Source: Lingula anatina (Eukaryota > Animalia > Brachiopoda). From it: a stretch of DNA of 64,000 nucleotides. The translations under genes and the position numbers were made by a program. Numbering within the stretch: the first letter of the stretch is position 1; every line of letters starts with the position of its first letter. The notes below the pieces were generated by a model. The model saw nothing but the letters and a program-made list of their open reading frames with translations, was not told the origin of the DNA and did no database searches. Below, one piece after another: positions 62,571 to 64,000 of this stretch. The DNA lies in assembly GCA_051362555.1 (NCBI GenBank), contig CM120649.1, positions 19,482,567 through 19,546,566 of the forward strand. The letters are read 5' to 3'.

Positions 62571-64000
62571 CTGGAAATTAGGGATGTTTTTTGGGGATAA
62601 AAGCAAGCCACATTGATTTCATTTAGCCCGCCAACCATTAGTCCATAAATGTTTTTTTATTGGCAATTTGACTGAATTATTTTGAAAAATGTGTACCCAA
62701 AATAGAATACCTAGAGAGAGGGGGCCTTTTTCTTTAACCTTTAAAAAAATCCACATGCTTTCAAAAAGTTTTAAAAGAAATTATCAAATTAAGCATTTCT
62801 TTTTTGTCAGCACATAAATATTTCAGACTGGCAAGAGCTGTATAGATAATAAAGAGAACAATCTAGACATAAAGCAATTGAAAGCAACATAATGCAGTTT
62901 CTCTGCGTTCAAACTATCAATCTTAAAAAAATAGCTCAAACTAAAACATGACAATAACTGACATTTGCATTTTAAAAAAGTGACATGCAAGCTCTTTTCA
63001 AGCTGATCCAGTACTAGTCAAGTACAAACCAGTACAAATCAAACAATTCACAATCAATACTCATCTCAACTAACACATTTGATACTCAGCACATCTACAG
63101 CATCCAAAATCTTACTCAGATAACCTTTTAAAATTGTTCCAACTCATGTTACCAATGAGTTTTGTCCCCCTAGCCAAAGCCCATGAACAGGGACTCTCCT
63201 TGAAAGCAATCATATTAACAGACTAACACACCTCCTCTTGGCACTGAGTAAAATTCAGAAAAACTGGTGATTTTTGGAGTACATTGAAAACAGGTGTGTT
63301 AGTCTGTTAACCTGATTGCATTTAGCTAGAGTACCAGTGAAGATGGTGCCCATTGGCCAGGTTGTAAAAATTAATCCTGAACAGCCCCCTTAAACTTACA
63401 AAACGTCAGATGTATGGTTGCTCAATACCTATATATATTTAATGGATGAGGGGATTACTCTAATCCTACCAAGCAGTCACTGGTGAACAACAGGTTCTTC
63501 CTATGCTGACATTATTTCAATAAGGTCAAGATTAGTAAAAGCTTATAAGCATTTAGAAAATAAATGGAATGTAAATATCCATAAGACCTCCTATTTTCCT
63601 GTTTAAGTTCATCCTGTAGAGATCAAGTCATATTATTCACTCTAAATAAAAGAATGCCAAAATCTTGGTATAAATATTAAGGCCCACTTTTGATAATTCA
63701 TCCCTTTGTGAAAACTGACCCCAAACCTTATTATGTAGAGATGGGAAGCATGTACAACCTTGAAAGACCCAGTGAACTGTTCCAGCCTGGGGCAGGAAAT
63801 TACAGTGAAATTACACCCAATATATGGGAACAATTTTAAGCAAATTGGATTATATCTAACCTCCCCCGCCCCCCACAGTGATCAATCAGTTAATGAAAGT
63901 TGTATTATTACAAGAGTTCATGTATGCAGACCATCAGGTTTGGTTATTAAAAAAATCTGTTTTTGTGGAGAAAAAAAAAACAACAAAAAACAATCATTTA

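Overview
Intron-rich, AT-rich eukaryotic DNA from an invertebrate animal, probably a lophotrochozoan such as a mollusc (inferred from gene content and repeat style). It is not prokaryotic. Six spliced genes were reconstructed by hand from GT-AG junctions with consistent phase. (1) A GPC3/5 (Dally)-type glypican on the minus strand; four 5' exons lie in the window (32769 to 6760) and the 3' end was not found. (2, 3) Two head-to-head paralogous PhyH-like Fe(II)/2-oxoglutarate dioxygenases: A, minus, 36450-34007, 328 aa; B, plus, 37708-39986, 339 aa, ending in a CaaX box. (4) A small SH3 + U1/matrin-type zinc-finger gene, plus, 41467-43542. (5) A BTB-BACK-Kelch gene, minus, 47161-44518, 582 aa. 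(6) TBC1D24/skywalker (TBC + TLDc), minus, from at least 61064 to 50985. Introns and intergenic DNA hold several MITE families, minisatellites and microsatellites. The standout is a ~320-bp element between the two dioxygenase genes (36832-37152, minus). It looks like a non-autonomous RTE-derived retroelement: a hand-foldable HDV-like self-cleaving ribozyme (37144-36971) joined almost directly to an RTE-type 3' tail, with a CpG-decayed 9-bp target-site duplication.
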